A stretch of DNA of 64,000 nt, from positions 76,074,001-76,138,000 of the forward strand of contig NC_086103.1 in the NCBI RefSeq assembly GCF_963921235.1, in the 5' to 3' direction. Origin of the DNA: Mobula hypostoma. Lineage: Eukaryota. The notes beneath the pieces were generated by a model that worked only from the letters and a program-made list of their open reading frames with translations, did no database searches and was not told the origin of the DNA. Below are positions 63,348 to 64,000 of the stretch, in pieces (position 1 is the first letter of the stretch; the number at the start of each line of letters is the position of its first letter). The position numbers and the translations under genes are program-made.

Positions 63348-63517
63348 ACACACGCCGGCTTTCTTCAGGGGAAGAACTAGGAAATGCGCAAGCTCAGAAA
63401 TCAGATGGAGAGCAGCCAGATGTGAAACTTGAACAAGCAGATGAAGATATCGTGGACAAAGTACCAAAACGCACCCAGAGCCTTAAAGCCAGTAAACAAA
63501 AACTGCAGCGTTCAGAG
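63348..63517 (+). CDS. REEP2: REEP2 coding exon (exon 7 equivalent), 170 nt
   Basis: long polypyrimidine tract + ctcag|AC...TCAGAG|gtattt; phase 1 start matches exon 6; DTRRLSSGEELGNAQ...DEDIVDKVPKRTQSLKASKQKLQRSE resembles the REEP2 EDD.GDKAPKR region. Confidence 0.82.
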
Positions 63518-64000
63518 GTATTTTATTATGTTTGCTAGCCTCAATTAAATTTAGTTATCAAAATGCTGTCTTATTTATTTGTTAACCACTCCATCAGTTA
63601 ATATCCTCCAGCTCATCAATTCTGACTCGTCAGTTCTTCCTCTTCAAGGGGTACATTGAATTACGGATATTTTAATAATGCAGAGATCATACTGTATGAA
63701 ACAGTATAGACTTTGAAGAACCATATTAAACTTCTGAAATTCTTTTGAGTTTAGAAAATAAAATGAATTTGTTCAGAAATGCAGATGCTTGTGGTGTGAT
63801 GACAACTTACAATGCAGAATGAAATCTTAATAGGTGGTGATACTTTAATTTATCCAAAAAATAAGAACTACTGAATGTGCACTTAACTAATGCTGGCTGG
63901 TGTAAATCTTTGAAAGGTTAACAGATGTTGGTGTAGGCATAGGAATCGAGATTCTTTGATTGATGAGCAATGCTTAATACCTACAGGCTTTGCTCATTTC

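Overview
Vertebrate genomic DNA, most likely from a cartilaginous fish (ray/skate-type repeat complement). The window holds five coding exons of REEP2 on the + strand, equivalent to exons 3-7 (29835-29911, 31964-32084, 35646-35759, 45200-45347, 63348-63517). Exons 1-2 and the last exon were not found and probably lie outside the window. The long introns are mostly decayed, often nested transposable elements: many CR1 LINEs (including a young, high-identity subfamily), Rex1/Babar-like LINE pieces, one L1-clade ORF2, Penelope-like elements (PLEs) with minimal hammerhead-ribozyme motifs, two Sushi/chromovirus-type Gypsy LTR elements, a Chapaev3-like DNA transposon, an RTE tail, tRNA-derived SINEs (one with an 18-bp minisatellite expansion) and two non-coding retroposon families I cannot name. 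There is no prokaryotic-type system such as CRISPR. The most notable items are the PLE hammerhead motifs, an L1 inserted exactly in a hammerhead core, inverted young CR1 copies bracketing REEP2 exons, a ~675-bp non-autonomous retroposon, a fold-back-generated tandem duplication and a bipartite CTCF site. Family assignments come from motif recognition, not database searches, and boundaries of decayed elements are approximate.
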